Source: Candidatus Obscuribacteraceae bacterium (GTDB lineage: Bacteria; Cyanobacteriota; Vampirovibrionia; Obscuribacterales; Obscuribacteraceae). Taken from it: a stretch of 64,000 nt of DNA. Positions within the stretch are counted from its first letter, which is position 1; each line of letters starts with the position of its first letter. The stretch is from assembly GCA_044226015.1 (NCBI GenBank), contig JBGAHS010000005.1:512001-576000 (forward strand). The letters run 5' to 3'. The notes under the pieces were generated by a model, which ran no database searches, was not told the origin of the DNA, and saw only the letters and a list, made by a program, of their open reading frames with translations. This document shows, piece after piece, positions 44,001-52,389 of the stretch. The translations under genes and the position numbers were made by a program.

Positions 44001-44607
44001 TTGTGATCGCTCCATGGTTGACTATGGAGTTGTTAGCGAACAGTGTGAGGTTGAGAGGTCCAGCAGCTTGAAATAGAGAAGAGAGATTGAGAGGAAGTTG
44101 GCTCGAAATTAATGCGCCACCATTATTGGTGATGTTAGCTGCGTTAATCAATGCATTTTGAACGCCGGCAATGCTAGAGAAAGCGTAGAAGTGACCCGAA
44201 TTGACAAGGTCGCCAGTCAAACTAAAGGGTGAAGTTGTGGCAAAGTCCCGAACTACGGTGACATTTTGAGGAACCGTAAGTCCTGATAGAACCATTGATG
44301 GCGGCAGCACGACTGTGCCTGAAAGGGCATTACCTGCTGCTCCGATGTTGACAGTCTGGTGACCGCCTTTCATCACCTGGCTCACCGCGAGAGCTTCGGC
44401 TGGGGTCAGCATCGTTCCTGGCGTGACCAGGTAGCCGTGACCACCGACTCTGATGTTGACTGCGCTTATGTCGCCAGGGGCTGGAACCGTTTTTGCTGTC
44501 GAGGATAAATTCAAATTGCTTGGAGCTTGCTGAGCAAGAACAGGCACAGACTGAGCTGTCAGAATGCTGAAACACACCAACTTGGCTAGACGCGTTTTTG
44601 GATGCAT
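29062..44607 (-). CDS. Giant (5181 aa) secreted protein with PE_PGRS-like GGxGGxGG repeats between beta-strand spacers and a conserved C-terminal domain
   Basis: Sec signal (…SVPVLA/Q); uninterrupted 15.5-kb ORF; dozens of GG(N/A/S/K/D)GG tracts alternating with I.I.A / G.I.L strands; C-terminus homologous to that of the 3900-aa protein. Confidence 0.85.
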   Translation of the reverse strand: MHPKTRLAKLVCFSILTAQSVPVLAQQAPSNLNLSSTAKTVPAPGDISAVNIRVGGHGYLVTPGTMLTPAEALAVSQVMKGGHQTVNIGAAGNALSGTVVLPPSMVLSGLTVPQNVTVVRDFATTSPFSLTGDLVNSGHFYAFSSIAGVQNALINAANITNNGGALISSQLPLNLSSLFQAAGPLNLTLFANNSIVNHGAITSSGNLNLIAGNSIVNTSVDSSQAVLSALGSVNLASSFVQNTGLISASNNINIFSQAALNSQLASLIGDQLKNTLTQTNNLLIDNTLGTLSATNSINLLTNGTASDTLSLIGGNLLSNELNINAGCSNVQVAADTISGTINTFAGSGNVGATGGGITLGTTNFSGDPTFWTSSGNITLTGTQSFDAAITYLSANDIVFDTSSGNVTIRSRNAGTQGFDITMVAGANLVATPGSATQFPGQIGVGETVSVTGAGAGGSIYCTNCVALGRTVTIDASTPGAGVGGNVFLAAYGTTANKIDLTSTTINTNAAANTAGNVTIIAPTVTVNTILAVGTSGTPNINITTANPSGTITADSTGAVTGALTAGAVDPAGLYSQSSNIAANSANVNVNAGLISMGSSSSISVSGTSTNINGGNVSLKANSDITVSSVQSTGFTQGASSSPLAGGKGGNIDINAGNALNSYATTVLSADGGAGSIGLPGVTGAVPTAGADGGNGGNGGNVTINAVSVSMPVSAVGSSGGAGGSGGAGGTSTAAGFNGANGGAGGAGGNAGSIQVTGGLTAELQTLFATGGSGGAGGTGGGGNSSGGLASNGGLGGVGGASGSGALINVSANDIFVSGNISSSSGNAGAGGNGGSGGSSSNGGAGGAGGKGGSTGTSGQINLISSSNLTFTGTTTLTSSGGTSGAGGAGGTGGNANLVSAGNGGNGAAAGTGVSAGEIQIGLGTGTITLNGGVTINANGSTIGNSGSGGNGGQGTVLASNSGNGGNAGSNTLGSAPNAGNGANVTIQTGTALVSTFGLTVNNFGGNGGAGGAAGSAGTDNAGANGNAGFGGSGGFGGDGGSGGVFILSAPTISTQLSMNPASSTFGRGGNGGNGGAGGAGTSVGFTINGGNGGSAGSGGAGGTNSSLLISTSDLTLLNGSVINNKAGAGGNGGTGGNGGAPSVTAGNSGNAGNGGIGGAGSSSTSLTLTVPVMKLNNTSISYAAGAGGNSGTGGNGSNASNGNGGAGGSASSGASGGNAGTITLTASSTITGNANLSTLAGTGGNGGNAGSGGSSINISALSGGVGGSGGSSGLAGKIDVSAVNGLSLGALVADGAVSGTGATGGSAGASTNAAGGNGSKGGNGGIASDGGTITLLSSSGTVSTSGGISAVGGNSGGAGGGGSGANSTNFNGGAGGAGGSASTAGNGGKISITANGDISIAAVSAFAGNGGGGNIGGFGGNSTAASGGVGGDGGAGGSGGLGGSLTVSSSTGQVTLSGNISVEGGSSSIGGAGRTGGSTATFSANSGKGGDGGNAGKGGTVTITALGDINTAAAMAISASANRAAGSATNASNSNNGGNSGANPGKAGLPGSGADAGTITLSSSNGSFNANLATSLFAVGAGGGNAGSGGTGGSSSSAANNGGNGAIGVDGGAAGNGANISLNFSSGTITAVQGLNISNFGGNGGNGGAGGAGGANTAGGNGGLGASAGSGAAGGDSGTVTINALSLYGSMSYNQSGATGGRGGSGGTGGNGGNGAVNGGTGGAGGSGGNGGKAASFAISTPNGFTLTTATPVLQWNNRAGNAGGAGAGGAGGSSTVSGDGGSGGAAGTAGVAGTGSVLSLTGIKGIDLGSVTMNFGGGNGGNGAAGGVGGNSSVAGNSGNGGISSSGSAGGSAGTLTFSSTSFLTALSTSNIQNLGGSGGTGGVGATGGSGTKAGLSTNGGAGGDGSKGGIISMSASTDLTVGAISTFGGSGASGGAGGTGGTSATKTGANGGDGGNGGTAGDANSISLSSGGLITLQNNILAEGGLPGIGGAGGNGGSGSDGGNGGNGGIGSKSGSGSNITITAAGGINISAATFISTSGSKGQAQASSIGTGGLGGAGGINGAALSNQSGNGGNGGAAGAGGDAGNIIINSGANILAMADLTLLANGSSAGVGGAGGAASSATLAAGGNGGNGGTGAGVKAGVGGSITIGSSTASLLSSGGSFYINAGGGLGANGGSGAAGQNTGGAGSFSGGAGGSGGSAGDGGAGGKITVSVSTINAFLNTGILVSGTTPTPGKGGTPGNGNTGGSGTFANNLGGAGGAGGNAANSASTPNVTIAASKGITLFGNSRFINVTSAPATGGTGAAGGSSTSAVGSAGAGGAGGKGGAGAVAGNLSITSSAGGITFNDTTIQQVDASGGAGGDGGAGGAANSSLFAGAGGAGGAGGAASASRSLITISAAKDISFTSQGSITAGNSGATATGGKGGAGGTSSGVNGTGGAGGAGGNAGSSSDAPITAITSTSGSINFNIDQSSGNGTFIFSGNVGASGGAGGAGGSGVNAGGAGGLGGNGGQGGSADAGATPTITIKAAKAVYMSTMNSLGGNGGSSGAGGAGGAASDVNGKGGDGANSGLVGAGGKGGYLNFSAGTDIIASPNNANLNFNGGNSGNSGVGGNGGNGGSGATGAGGAGGNSGFGANGGAGGKIVINASGNIASTYNLTLSALGGGATLGGSTVQAGNGGSGGLSAGVGGSLLGFGLGTVTGSAGDGGTVTVSARNIQNIVANASGGNPNTITLKAGDGGSISNAGTNSAGANGGSIGMLGSGGNGGSITITATLGGIFAAGTIAASGTSPLSQNPSNAGKGGSGNTFGGIGGSGDTAGNGGNGGSIVLNANSAVIDMNGNGLNATGGNSAGSRLSGGAGGSATKGDGGAGGNIGTTGAGGNGGSITINSNTGGMLLAGVSVNGGSNTGYSAGTAAGAGGAGGTGAPSGATKGGNGGSLVPVDAGGTGGNITINAKSSTNYVRLLGNVTLDGGAVQNLANATPGAGGADADAQGTGGNGGAYASSGNGGNGGVLLINSAQNIVAVGNLQSNGGAGGAWSTIPAVGGGAGGLNGGAGASGLSLGSVGAGGNGGSITISAPTRTVTMIGNLTLSGGTGGTGGAGSTGGTGATTNGGIGGKGGDGGQGGIGGTATLNALSMSSISTFTLTGGNGGAAAVGGAGGSSSISGDSGSGGKGGAGGNGGSLQITTKNDLVTPTITLNGGTAAAGAGGANATSGTTKAGAAGSGGASGAAGNGGVITLNSTSGTLYVARNITANGGFTNAGAAGGTGADGVTGSAGGDGGASGAAGNGGIINFTGTRGIILQTGTTQAAGSTANNGGAGGTGGKSSGAASGQGGNGGSGGTGGTGGVININSSNGGLSATITGINLNSSAGNGGAGGAGGTGGASIAGTGASGKGGLGGAGGAGGNGGVVNVSLPLGSMTSGEGSQAGIYSIALSAGGGSANTGGNGGNGGASSVGATGNGGAAGNGGNGGNGGVIAVSAMRINLNSGSSITGGNGGNGGNGGTASSTAAANAAGGNGGNAGNGGIGGNAGFASWQASTALIMAYGSNMTGGGGNGGNGGQGAAAGNGAGSGVGGIGGNGGNGGNGGDSSSLISYTVLKGNLDFGSSTTYGSSAINSTGGQSGNNGTAGNAGTGSNGGNGGNAGNVGTGGKGASISLQASGNIYMFAGVTNNGGNLGSLTGGAGLGGNANGNAAGGSGGNGGSAGVQSNAGVGGQFIASSTNGSIYKSTNAATSTLSVNGGTLLGAINGSGGTGGAGVTTGLATAVGGKGGNAAIGGNGGDGGSIVLTALKGNIAGQFTLSAVGNNAGSPNATGGAGGVGLFAGGAGGNAAMSGSGGKGGSILLQAIGASLLSVNASGGGSGTVNSNAGAGGNQLAGGSAVGGGGNGGAGAVSGSGGAGGSVVVITTTGGITAAISGSFSANGGASNSLTSTAGKGGDATNGTGGVGGTGSIIGKAGDGGSISLSSTTGAIQLGASGVTVSAPGGASNSAAFAAGAGGASSSGKGGAAGTGLSFSSTLAAGSGGSFSVNTISGNISLPAVNLSGGAINTATIVGANGGSGATGGGNAGLMQTTVGVTAGDGGTFSINATGIGGGAVNLFGAINTSAGGAGAITGSAGVGGAGTGANAPGGVGGGVGFGLSAGSAKATVLTPAIKIQTSGSITLGAAATLIADGGNSTAIAIKGGNGGTSTGTAAGGTGGAGASGGNGGNAGLISITSLKSAININNTVSATGGSGGSTAGGGNGGDTVTGTGGVGGLSQTGGNGGSAGTISISGLSVSLTKPIGLGTGIIANGGNAGAGSTGGTGGNGATGGAGGLAQTPGTSGAGGSITVTATGTKAFGTISVYNNYVMSATGGAGANGGNGGLGGAGTQTGGTATAGTNASAGGNGGFITISAPGLVQLSGNYTAKGGTGANGGAGGAGGSVTAPSGVNGKGGAGGNAGDSSSGGLGGVINISSSQSSISALARTGYSLSVGGGNSSNAGNGGAGGTVAAAATSGLGGAGGAAGAGGNGGNGGAIILTASLGSISNGQDGSPSIDANGGAGSSASTGGLGGSAAAIAGSGGSGAAAGGSGGGAGSIVLDAVSMFNLPSLAANGNGGGSGGTGGLGGTGLLAASTAGTGGIGGNGGAGGSAGAMTITTTTGSISLLPSSSVQVSGGNGGVGGNAGVAGANGASSAIAVNGSAGGKGGNGGSGGIFIGKSGSGSISLPTLSMTGGNAGNGGTASAGSINSGGGSGGIGGSGGIGGNGGSFQLISSSGSVLFGISVRGGTGGNAAPGGAGGPQGAAGSAGAGGKAGDGGAGGTGGTVSVSAPTITVAGSLIASGNNGGTTAIGGAGGTASSTTGGKGGDGGNGGAGGSAGSISLIGNKIVNTVTGLLSASGGNGQAGGAGGAGGTGTVTGANGTTGNGGNGGNGGTVFLTAPVLIPTLASYGATLVQGGSGGTGTIPGSNGTSGTITLLDDGEDASPSPSREKRKIADKLQNGDSKAHDAAEFSPVAFVQSLVKLPNRQVTASNVLLAPTDHSAKAKAGDLLITVAKGSAAYVIDNGNSLSVMSLHDNHTGDITVTRNGQEFQLRTCEQLTISRDADSFQEASVLPELGVRNVSVHTMHDSSKAFVSEYSLPSAIWQLEVLKRLKDSKSPSDRALYDKLLKNAAVVLKLMPNKGAYQQANPALRKASRI

Positions 44608-44846
44608 TGAATTTTTCCTCTAATTATTTCTCAAGACCCTGGAGAGACGCTGCTACGTCTTCGCTCGTCGATGCTGTTCAGGAGATTGTGGTTCAACATG
44701 AGGAGCTTGAGTCGATTCATTTGTAGTGTGAAATACAAGATGAACCGAATATTAAACAAGTCTCTCTCAAAACCGCATTCTCGCCGGGACGCAAACGATT
44801 TTGCCGATTTCGAACATATCAGGCAATTATGGATTTACGACGAATG

Positions 44847-44938
44847 ATGTATACATTCTTACGCACTGTAAATGTCCGCAAAATGACAATTTGCGGGCAA
44901 TTCATATTATCTTCGACAAGTGATTAGTCGAAAATAAT
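44847..44938. promoter_or_regulatory. Cluster of inverted repeats upstream of the giant-protein genes (operator sites or terminator of the upstream cluster)
   Basis: Palindrome ATGTATACAT (44847-44856); CCGCAAA-N7-TTTGCGG (44876-44896); TTCGAC-N9-GTCGAA (44912-44932). Confidence 0.35.
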
Positions 44939-44955
44939 CATCGCCTGCTCAGGCT

Positions 44956-45183
44956 TCAAATTTGCATTAAGTCTCTTATTTCTGACACTGACGGTCTTAC
45001 CAGGAATTTTGTCCCTGAAACCAGCACCGGCACAAGCTTTTGTCGACTCAATTTAAACATCGCTCGAAGTGACTTATAGTCTTTTGTCACGTCCTTCTCG
45101 ATAAACGACAGCCCAAGTTGATTGAGCTTCGACCGGGCACTTTCACAGTGTGGGCAATCCGGTATCACATATAGTGTCAACAT
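44956..45183 (-). CDS. Glutaredoxin / NrdH-like redoxin
   Basis: LYVIPDCPHC (CxxC), FIEKDV, LVPVL (cis-Pro motif); 75 aa; start overlaps the upstream stop (TGATG). Confidence 0.85.
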   Translation of the reverse strand: MLTLYVIPDCPHCESARSKLNQLGLSFIEKDVTKDYKSLRAMFKLSRQKLVPVLVSGTKFLVRPSVSEIRDLMQI

Positions 45184-47462
45184 CAGAGAATGGAAATATC
45201 AACCCCGAGTCGTTTTAAGATTTCTGGACTCAGTAGAATATTCTGTTTGAGTGGTGTGCGTCCGAACGCAGCCAGCACTACCAGATTTTTTGGGGCAGCG
45301 TTTCTCGACTTGAATGAGTCTCTGTCTCTATCATTTCTGTCCCTGTCATTCCTATCTCGGTTATCTCGACCGCGGTCTTTGCCTCCTGGTCGATTGGACT
45401 GAGCATTGTTGCTAGCTGAACCTGCTGCTTCTCCAATAATTGATGCACCTATTATTTGCTTTTCTTCTCTGAACCTGTCGTGCACAAATTTAGGCGAGCG
45501 AAATTCAAAGATTGGTGTCTTTGCCTGTGCTCTACCCATCTTATTTTGTAGTGGCAATAGCGACGGCTTTCCATCGTCCTCTGTGAACAGAACTACCGTG
45601 CATTCTCTTTGTTTGAACTGTCCGATTGAATGTTCGTGGATGCTCATCAAAACTTCGTTGGAAGCAATGAAATCCAGCGACGGTTTTTCCAGCGCCTGCC
45701 TCGAGTGGTACAAAAGTGTGTCAACCTGAGAGCGTCCCTCTTCTTTCGGAACCACTCCGATTACTTTGATAAGTTCGCGCTCTCTCACAATAGCTGCACC
45801 CACGATGGGCCGGCGGTTGCGGTAAGTCTCGAACAAAGAGCGAGAGTCGATAAAATCGAAGCTGCGATAACGGGTAATTATGCGGCCATCTTCCGCTTTC
45901 TTTGAAACCAGTTCCAGCTTGCTCAAATCGATTTTTGGAACTTTCTTTTCCGCTGATTGTGTCTCAGTTGCGCTTTCATGTTCGTGTTCATGAGTTTCAT
46001 GAGTATGCTCATCATGACTATCCGGAGCATCTAAATCGACATCATCGAGAGATGACTCTCTGGTCAACGACTCGGCATCTAGATTATGGATGTCGGAGTC
46101 GTCAGCATCGGGCATTTCGTCGCCAGTGGTTTCGGTTTCGTGCTCATGCTTCTTTTCTGTAGCTGCTTCATCGGAATGTTCCTCATGATCATGAGTCTCC
46201 TCATGGTCATGCTGTTCATCTGACGAGAGATGCTCTCCAGGCTCTTGTGCTGGTGCTTCACCCTTCTCTTGTTGTTCAGTTTTTTCGTCTTCGGCAAGTT
46301 CGAAAAGCAACACATAAGCTTCTTTATGTATCTTCCTGTTCTTGCTCATTTTGAACAACTCGCCAAGGACTTCATGAGATTCGACGAATGCTCGACCAGG
46401 TCTGCCAACAGCTTCCTTCGAAAGCGACAGCAAAACCCGCACTTGGTCGCCATTTTCACGTGGTCGAGGAAGCACACCATAGCTATGTGTAAGTTTACCT
46501 TGCGAGATGATGCACGCACCGACAATCGGTGGACCACCTCTGAACATGCGATAGATTCTCGTTTCATCGGCAAATTCGCGTGGACGGAATCTTGTGAAAA
46601 TTCTTCCATCCGGCGCCGGTCGGAGTACCAATTCTGGGTCTGGCTGGTCGTCAGCTATAGCACCAGATGTGGTATCAGTACTTACCGACACTGTGCTAGC
46701 TTCAATTAGTCCTGAATTAAACGCCAAAGTCACCGATTCACTTTTATTGCATTGAGTGAAATTACCTTCGATGGACTGTAGCTGTACGCTCGATTCGCTG
46801 AATGACTCAGAGACGCGAACACCCTCCATTAGTGTTGACGATGCCAGAGTTTGTAGACTCTCAGCAGCAGCGAGTTCAATTGAAATGTTTACGGAGCTAA
46901 TGCTCACCTGTGAATGCTCAAGGGTCGCGCTGACTGTGTTCGTCTGCTCAGTACTCTTGTCAATTTGCTTTTCCTGGCGATGCTTACCGTGCCCGTGCTT
47001 CTTGGCATTAGCTGCTACACTCGACTTGCGGAAAAGCAGCACATACGCACCTTCTGGTAGCTTTTTCGAAGCACTGCGTCTTAGTTTGCCCAAAATGGGG
47101 TGTGAGCGCACCCAATCTCTGACCTTCTTCCGTTTTGCGATTTCAATGTCTTTGATGTGAGTTTCAAGGTGCTTTTGAATCATTTCCAGGTGCTCAGCGG
47201 CTTGCTCCCTGGTATTCATCGCTTCAAGAGCATTTGGCTCTGTAGTAAAACTCTTCAGAGGTGGAGTGTTGCCAATGATCTCAGAAAGCTCTTTGACAGC
47301 TTTCTGGGCGACATCTCCCTCATTATTCTCATTTTCGGAAATAAACTTCTTGCAAGAAAGGACTGAGGACAGCACGGCTTTCGTCGCCTTCGTCTTGTCA
47401 CTCGCCTGTTTCGAGTGAAATTTATCAACAGCTTTCTTTGCTCTTTCGAGAAACTCGTCCAT
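45183..47462 (-). CDS. Hypothetical protein with three copies of an unrecognised domain and His/acidic low-complexity loops
   Basis: ATG 47462 after AAGGAAGG; repeats AYVLLF...DGRI.TR.R..(E/D)F.D.....F/YR...PIVGA.I; HDHEETHDHEEH-type and RD-rich inserts. Confidence 0.8.
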   Translation of the reverse strand: MDEFLERAKKAVDKFHSKQASDKTKATKAVLSSVLSCKKFISENENNEGDVAQKAVKELSEIIGNTPPLKSFTTEPNALEAMNTREQAAEHLEMIQKHLETHIKDIEIAKRKKVRDWVRSHPILGKLRRSASKKLPEGAYVLLFRKSSVAANAKKHGHGKHRQEKQIDKSTEQTNTVSATLEHSQVSISSVNISIELAAAESLQTLASSTLMEGVRVSESFSESSVQLQSIEGNFTQCNKSESVTLAFNSGLIEASTVSVSTDTTSGAIADDQPDPELVLRPAPDGRIFTRFRPREFADETRIYRMFRGGPPIVGACIISQGKLTHSYGVLPRPRENGDQVRVLLSLSKEAVGRPGRAFVESHEVLGELFKMSKNRKIHKEAYVLLFELAEDEKTEQQEKGEAPAQEPGEHLSSDEQHDHEETHDHEEHSDEAATEKKHEHETETTGDEMPDADDSDIHNLDAESLTRESSLDDVDLDAPDSHDEHTHETHEHEHESATETQSAEKKVPKIDLSKLELVSKKAEDGRIITRYRSFDFIDSRSLFETYRNRRPIVGAAIVRERELIKVIGVVPKEEGRSQVDTLLYHSRQALEKPSLDFIASNEVLMSIHEHSIGQFKQRECTVVLFTEDDGKPSLLPLQNKMGRAQAKTPIFEFRSPKFVHDRFREEKQIIGASIIGEAAGSASNNAQSNRPGGKDRGRDNRDRNDRDRNDRDRDSFKSRNAAPKNLVVLAAFGRTPLKQNILLSPEILKRLGVDISIL

Positions 47463-47535
47463 ATATACCTTCCTTGGCAGCTTTATTTTAACGCTTTTGA
47501 ATAAAAGGAAGGTCAAACGTCAAGATGATTTCACA

Positions 47536-48885
47536 TCAGGTTTCAATAAGAGGTTGATATTCCTCTTCATCAAACCCGAAAGTCCAGGCTATAGCTTGCT
47601 GAGCAGTTTGCATATCCGGAGGAACCCGCAAGAAATAATCCTTGAAAGTGCCGTCAGGTTCTGGAGAGGAATTGACGACCTTTACCATCACAAGATCCTC
47701 ATCACCAGGAATTTCTTTCTTGTAGAGCGTTCCAAACGAATCGCTTTGAACTTCTTCGGCACCGGTGTCTTGTAAATATCTGAATTGTCCATATTTCTCT
47801 ATTAATACTCTGCGAGTCTCAGCATTGGGGCATTTGTCGATATGGTCGATTGTAATGGAATCCGGATTCGTGATTATCCATTCGTCCACAATTACCCCGT
47901 GCCAGGCGAATTCCATAAATTCGTCGTTAAATTCCAGGCAAGGACCCTCGGCACCATGAAAACGTCCAGCATCATCGATATTGAACTGAAGCGGTTTTTC
48001 ACAGACAAACATGACATGTTCAAAGCAAATGGCTGCAAGCACGTTCTCGGCTAAATGATTCCATGCGTCTATTTCATTTGAATAATTATCGAAAGCCTTT
48101 TCGTCAACCTCCTGGCGCCAAATTTGCGCTAAGCTCGGCCACACAATTGACATAGGAAGCCAGGTGCAGTGTTTCAACTGATGACTTGGTTCCGCGCCCA
48201 TTCGAGCAACCAGCGAACTCAAAGTGTTGCTGCAACTAGTGAAGGTTTCTTCGAGTTTTGCTTTGTAAGGCAAAAATTGATCCAACTGCTTTTGGTGCAA
48301 TTCCCAATACGACTTCCTTGGATCAAACTCTTCTGCCAACTCTGCCGACAGTTGCTTCAATCTGTCTTGTACAGGGTTGAGGTGCCACAAACGCATTGCC
48401 CAGAACTGTCGATATATTATTTCTTTTGGCAACTTGTTTTCAAAGGAGGCTAACTTTCCTGACTTTGCCCAACTAGACAACTCTGACTTTAGCTGCGCGA
48501 TAAGTGCATTTTCGAGGTGTTCATATTGCGTTCCAACCCTACTTGTGTGGCGCATTCCGTTAAGTAATTGCTGTCCGCCATGAATCCAAAGTTGCTCCCA
48601 GATTTCGTTGAAATCAGCTTCCCATGCCTCGTCGATTGCTCTGTCTAAAAGAAGACCTGATGCAATCTGCCAGGCATCGCTGAAGAAGATACCAATTAGC
48701 AGTGATGGAAGCGTAGCAAGCTGATATGGACTTTGGCACCACACAATTGCTGGTGACTCCCACCCCATGCAGGCGTATAGCGAATCTGCAGCAGCTTGTG
48801 TTAAACCTCTGCGCCCTAACTGATGCTCTTCGGCAAAAGAAAATCTCTTGCCGAGTTCTTTCTCAAAACGCTCTGCTAGAGCCAT
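47536..48885 (-). CDS. DUF6745-like protein
   Basis: P.IVWCQSP; CEKP....DDAGRFH...GP..EF.D.F..FAWHGV.V; NAETRRVLIEKYG; VKVVNSSPEPDG..KDYFLRVPP....AQQAIAWTFG...EYQP..ET. Confidence 0.75.
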   Translation of the reverse strand: MALAERFEKELGKRFSFAEEHQLGRRGLTQAAADSLYACMGWESPAIVWCQSPYQLATLPSLLIGIFFSDAWQIASGLLLDRAIDEAWEADFNEIWEQLWIHGGQQLLNGMRHTSRVGTQYEHLENALIAQLKSELSSWAKSGKLASFENKLPKEIIYRQFWAMRLWHLNPVQDRLKQLSAELAEEFDPRKSYWELHQKQLDQFLPYKAKLEETFTSCSNTLSSLVARMGAEPSHQLKHCTWLPMSIVWPSLAQIWRQEVDEKAFDNYSNEIDAWNHLAENVLAAICFEHVMFVCEKPLQFNIDDAGRFHGAEGPCLEFNDEFMEFAWHGVIVDEWIITNPDSITIDHIDKCPNAETRRVLIEKYGQFRYLQDTGAEEVQSDSFGTLYKKEIPGDEDLVMVKVVNSSPEPDGTFKDYFLRVPPDMQTAQQAIAWTFGFDEEEYQPLIET

Positions 48886-48891
48886 ACTATC

Positions 48892-49206
48892 TTAGTCGAG
48901 AACCAGTCGTGAGCTGTTAGGCACGTACTCTCTCTGATGAACGATGCGATAAACTCCAGGATTTAGCGCAATGGTTGAGTGTTCTTCATGCACCAACTTT
49001 GCTCCTGCATCGCCCACAACGAGGTATCTTACGTCGCCCTGCGCGTACATTTTTGCTTCCATTTGCGCCACTGCGTGAGCGTGACCTGTGACTTCGCCGT
49101 ATGCAAGCACGATGCGATCAGAAGGTGGAAGTTCTTCGGCGCCGCCTGGAAGTTCCTCGGCTTTTACTAGAAGCACATCGCCCTGGCGGTACATTTCCGT
49201 TTTCAT
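48892..49206 (-). CDS. Small conserved His-motif protein (QGDV...GEVTGHAH...HEEH...QREY), typical DUF6745 neighbour
   Basis: Motifs YRQGDVLL, LAYGEVTGHAHAV, LVHEEHSTIALNPGVYRIVHQREY; GGAG RBS. Confidence 0.8.
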   Translation of the reverse strand: MKTEMYRQGDVLLVKAEELPGGAEELPPSDRIVLAYGEVTGHAHAVAQMEAKMYAQGDVRYLVVGDAGAKLVHEEHSTIALNPGVYRIVHQREYVPNSSRLVLD

Positions 49207-49461
49207 CAGATACTCTCCGGTAGACGCTATTCAATTATGGCATATTTGGTACTGTTTGGCAGAACGTTACTTAGGTCAGGGGCTCGAATGACTTCAAGAG
49301 TGTCCAATGTCACTTCAGAATTGGCACTGAGATTGTTATTCTAGATTCAGAGCTGACGAGAACAGCTCTGAGTAATCAGACCCAAGCTCGCATCACCAGT
49401 AAACCACAGAGCGTTGTGGTCTGGTTCTCTGCAGTCATTTCATCAACACAAAGGAGATTAG

Positions 49462-49947
49462 TTGATGTCAAAAGATAAACAGATCAGCAGAGTAGTCGAG
49501 AACGTAAGTCAAAAGGCTTTTCGGGTAAGTGATGTGTCCGAGGAGTTGATTGCTAAAGGATTGGAATCTTTCGAAGCCGTGATATATGGGGCGCGTTTTG
49601 TAGCGCATCGCTTTCCGAATTTCCGGCTTATAGAAGTATCCGAGAACGACCTTGTGATTTCGTCGGAACTTCAATATGAAATCCATGTGAATTTCAATCC
49701 TGAAAAAAAGGCAATTGCGTCTTACTTTCTGACACCAGAAATGATTCTTACTTCAAGAGATATGCCTGAGGAAATCTGGCGATTAAACGGACTCAAAGCA
49801 TCGCGTACAGTAATGTCGCGATACCAAGAAAGAGGAATAGAAAACATCATCTATTCGTGGTTTGTTCAGCTGAGTGATTTTGATGAACTTGGTTGGCCGA
49901 TCGAGGGACTGAGCTCAAAAGACCTGAGCAACAGGAAAGCTAGTTAG
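49462..49947 (+). CDS. Hypothetical protein
   Basis: 161-aa ORF with AAGGAG RBS, followed by a terminator. Confidence 0.7.
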   Translation: MMSKDKQISRVVENVSQKAFRVSDVSEELIAKGLESFEAVIYGARFVAHRFPNFRLIEVSENDLVISSELQYEIHVNFNPEKKAIASYFLTPEMILTSRDMPEEIWRLNGLKASRTVMSRYQERGIENIIYSWFVQLSDFDELGWPIEGLSSKDLSNRKAS

Positions 49948-49962
49948 TCATCTTGCACAAAT

Positions 49963-50001
49963 AAGAAGCACCTCTGCGAAGGGGTGCTTCTTTCGCTTTT
50001 T
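49963..50001 (+). terminator. Intrinsic terminator
   Basis: AAGAAGCACC / GGTGCTTCTT stem followed by TCGCTTTTT, 15 nt after the stop at 49947. Confidence 0.75.
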
Positions 50002-50170
50002 GGAGCATTGCAATTCTGTCGGGCGCTTACTAGATCGGACCGTCGTAATCCTATCTGCATAGTGGAGCTATATGTCATATCTACGAAAATTTTGAATGCG
50101 GATCCAAGGGCTTGTTCCCACCCTCTTAGATACGCTGTGACGCCATCATTATCATGCTTGCGTCTTCTTT

Positions 50171-50201
50171 AAGAAGAAAGAGGGCGGCTCGAAAGCCGCC
50201 C
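50171..50201 (-). terminator. Intrinsic terminator
   Basis: Minus strand reads GGGCGGCT-TTCG-AGCCGCCC followed by TCTTTCTTCTT, just after the stop at 50231. Confidence 0.8.
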
Positions 50202-50230
50202 AACCCTGCCTTTGCAATTCCTGTTATCTG

Positions 50231-52003
50231 TTATTTTCCTACTGAAAGCGAGGTGGTTAACAGAGCGTGGTCTGACAAGCCTCTCGTGATCAATGGGTTC
50301 TTGAAGAACGGATTTGTGTACTGGTCTCCTAGCTTACCAGAAAGACCTCTATGCAAGAAGCCGTCGAGTCTTCCTCCCATAGCTTGGGTTGATGAGCTGT
50401 CGTTAGGATTGTGAATCGCGAATCCAGCATTTTTCAACGCGTTCAATTCGGTTGTCTTGTCCAGGAATGTGTTCCAGTCACCAGCTATGATGCCTTTGAA
50501 GTTTGGTCCTAGTTCGCGGGCGAGAATTTCAGCTTGCAATGTACGAACGGGTGCTGTCTGTTCCGGTCCGCCTCTCATAGACTTGAGGTGAACAACAACG
50601 CCTGAGAAGGAATCACCAGATGTAGCGTCGGTAACATCTACTTTGAAGGCTGGACGCAAATCAGGAATATTGTGCACGTTAGCCACTGCATCTATTGATT
50701 CTGTTCCGGTTATTTTAAGTCTCGGGTGAATCAAGAAACCAACAGCTTGTCCTCTGCTGTTCTCAGCAGAAATTGCATAATTGTATCCAGTGTCTTTTGC
50801 AACTTGCTTAAGACCTTCTGTATTTACTTCTTCAACGAAAAGCAAGTGGTGTTTCGGAACAATTTGTTTGTATGTATCAGCGAAGTATCTGGCTTTGTCG
50901 GCTGTTAAGAATTCCATGTTCCATTCGCCGATTCTTAGGTCGCCAGTCGTGCCAGCGTTTGGCATCTTGTCTGTGATCTTCGCAACTTCAGCTGCGACAA
51001 CTTTTGCATCTGGCAATGGACGTGGCTTCTTGTCGCCCTTGAATGCCTGTAAAACATCGAGACTTCTATCAGGATGTTCGAATCCCAATTTTACGATTTC
51101 ATCTTGCGTCAACCTATGGAAATCTTCTGGATGAGGATATTGAACCTTATTGTCCTTGAGGAAATCAGAGTATTCCCTTTGAATTCTCGCGATCTCTGCA
51201 AAAGCTGATTTTGATTCCGCTGGCAGCTGGTCAAGTCGTACTTTGCTTGGATCCATCTGACGTTCCATTATTGAGCGAGCTGTATCATATCTAGCTTGCT
51301 CTGCAGCCTTCTGGCTTTCGGTTACTTTTCTTGTCACATAATCTGCTGTTACGCCCATGACTGTGTTCATCGTCATGCCCTGGACAGCGCCTTGCAATGC
51401 TGCATCGTTGCTGGCAAGTTTTCCGTTGGAGAAGAACTGTGATGCTTCCGTCATCACGCCACCGCCGATGAAACCAACCGCCGGATAGGCAAGAGCTTTT
51501 TGCAAGGGTGCTAGACCCTTGATCATATCGTTGCCTTTGCTGAATACAGCAACTCCTACGCCCATTCCTATCGCATTGCCAAGGCGAGTATGATGTTCAT
51601 CTGGCTTTTGCAGAGCACCATATATGCTGGCACCAGCGATGGATGCGTACCTTTCTGATGTGAGGTAAGGATTTAGAGCATTGCCGAGTGCTGTGCCTGC
51701 TAGACCTCTGTCTGTAGCGCGCATGGCAGAACCAGCTGCTGCGCCAGCGATCATGAATGGTACGGCGGCGCCGATACCACTTGAGAGTCCTTGAGCGAAC
51801 CATTCTGTACTATAAGGTTTGGCTTCTCCCGTTTTCAGGTGTACCTCAGGCAAGCTCGCGAGGTTTGCTGCCGTGTTGTAAACTCCCAGGGGACCAGCAT
51901 TAATTGCTGGGTTCAAAACATTTTCCTGCATCCATTGGGGGGAGAATTTAGATGCTTGTTCTGGTGCCAATAACTCGGCTACTGTGTGGACACGGTCTGT
52001 CAT
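50231..52003 (-). CDS. Endonuclease/exonuclease/phosphatase (EEP) domain protein with a hydrophobic Gly/Ala-rich N-terminal module
   Basis: C-terminal LRIGEWNMEF, FVEEV, VVVHLKS, IIAGDWNT, RLDGF, LSDHALL are EEP motifs; GGAGG RBS. Confidence 0.85.
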   Translation of the reverse strand: MTDRVHTVAELLAPEQASKFSPQWMQENVLNPAINAGPLGVYNTAANLASLPEVHLKTGEAKPYSTEWFAQGLSSGIGAAVPFMIAGAAAGSAMRATDRGLAGTALGNALNPYLTSERYASIAGASIYGALQKPDEHHTRLGNAIGMGVGVAVFSKGNDMIKGLAPLQKALAYPAVGFIGGGVMTEASQFFSNGKLASNDAALQGAVQGMTMNTVMGVTADYVTRKVTESQKAAEQARYDTARSIMERQMDPSKVRLDQLPAESKSAFAEIARIQREYSDFLKDNKVQYPHPEDFHRLTQDEIVKLGFEHPDRSLDVLQAFKGDKKPRPLPDAKVVAAEVAKITDKMPNAGTTGDLRIGEWNMEFLTADKARYFADTYKQIVPKHHLLFVEEVNTEGLKQVAKDTGYNYAISAENSRGQAVGFLIHPRLKITGTESIDAVANVHNIPDLRPAFKVDVTDATSGDSFSGVVVHLKSMRGGPEQTAPVRTLQAEILARELGPNFKGIIAGDWNTFLDKTTELNALKNAGFAIHNPNDSSSTQAMGGRLDGFLHRGLSGKLGDQYTNPFFKNPLITRGLSDHALLTTSLSVGK

Positions 52004-52389
52004 GGTGTCACTACCTCCAACTTATGTAACAATGATTTGTTTCTTGCTCGTAATAAAACATGGGACTTTTACGCAAGCGTCTACGTGATACCCGGGATGA
52101 AGACGACCGCATCAGAGGCTGTTTTGCGCGTTGTCTAAGCGTTTTCGAGTTTTCTTAAAGGTCTTCAATCTTGGCTCTAACAGGGCGTTTTCGGCACTTT
52201 TCTGAAACTGCGCTCATCTTGCTTTGACGCGAAAAGTCCTTATATGAGCGGCTTTTCAGTAAACGCGAAGCATGTTTTTTTCTCTGTTTGCCCTTGCTGT
52301 CTACAATATGAGATGCGTCCAATCTTCAAGGAGTCATTGCGCGAAAGACTTGACAAAGTGGGAATAACTGATGCAGCAACGGAATTGAA

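Noticed and set aside
29062..44607. Raised GC suggesting horizontal transfer or a true mycobacterial PE_PGRS gene
   Set aside because: The GC shift is explained by Gly/Ala codons; there is no PE domain; the termini are homologous to the neighbouring gene; no mobility genes or boundary repeats were seen.
44770..44830. GGGACGCAAA (44786-44795), resembling the c-di-GMP-I riboswitch core
   Set aside because: It is on the strand opposite the giant gene, and the GAAA-tetraloop stem and upstream GGCAAA element are not evident.
49347..49380. CTGACGAG resembling a hammerhead ribozyme core
   Set aside because: There is no GAAA after a stem II, and the motif is part of a simple hairpin.
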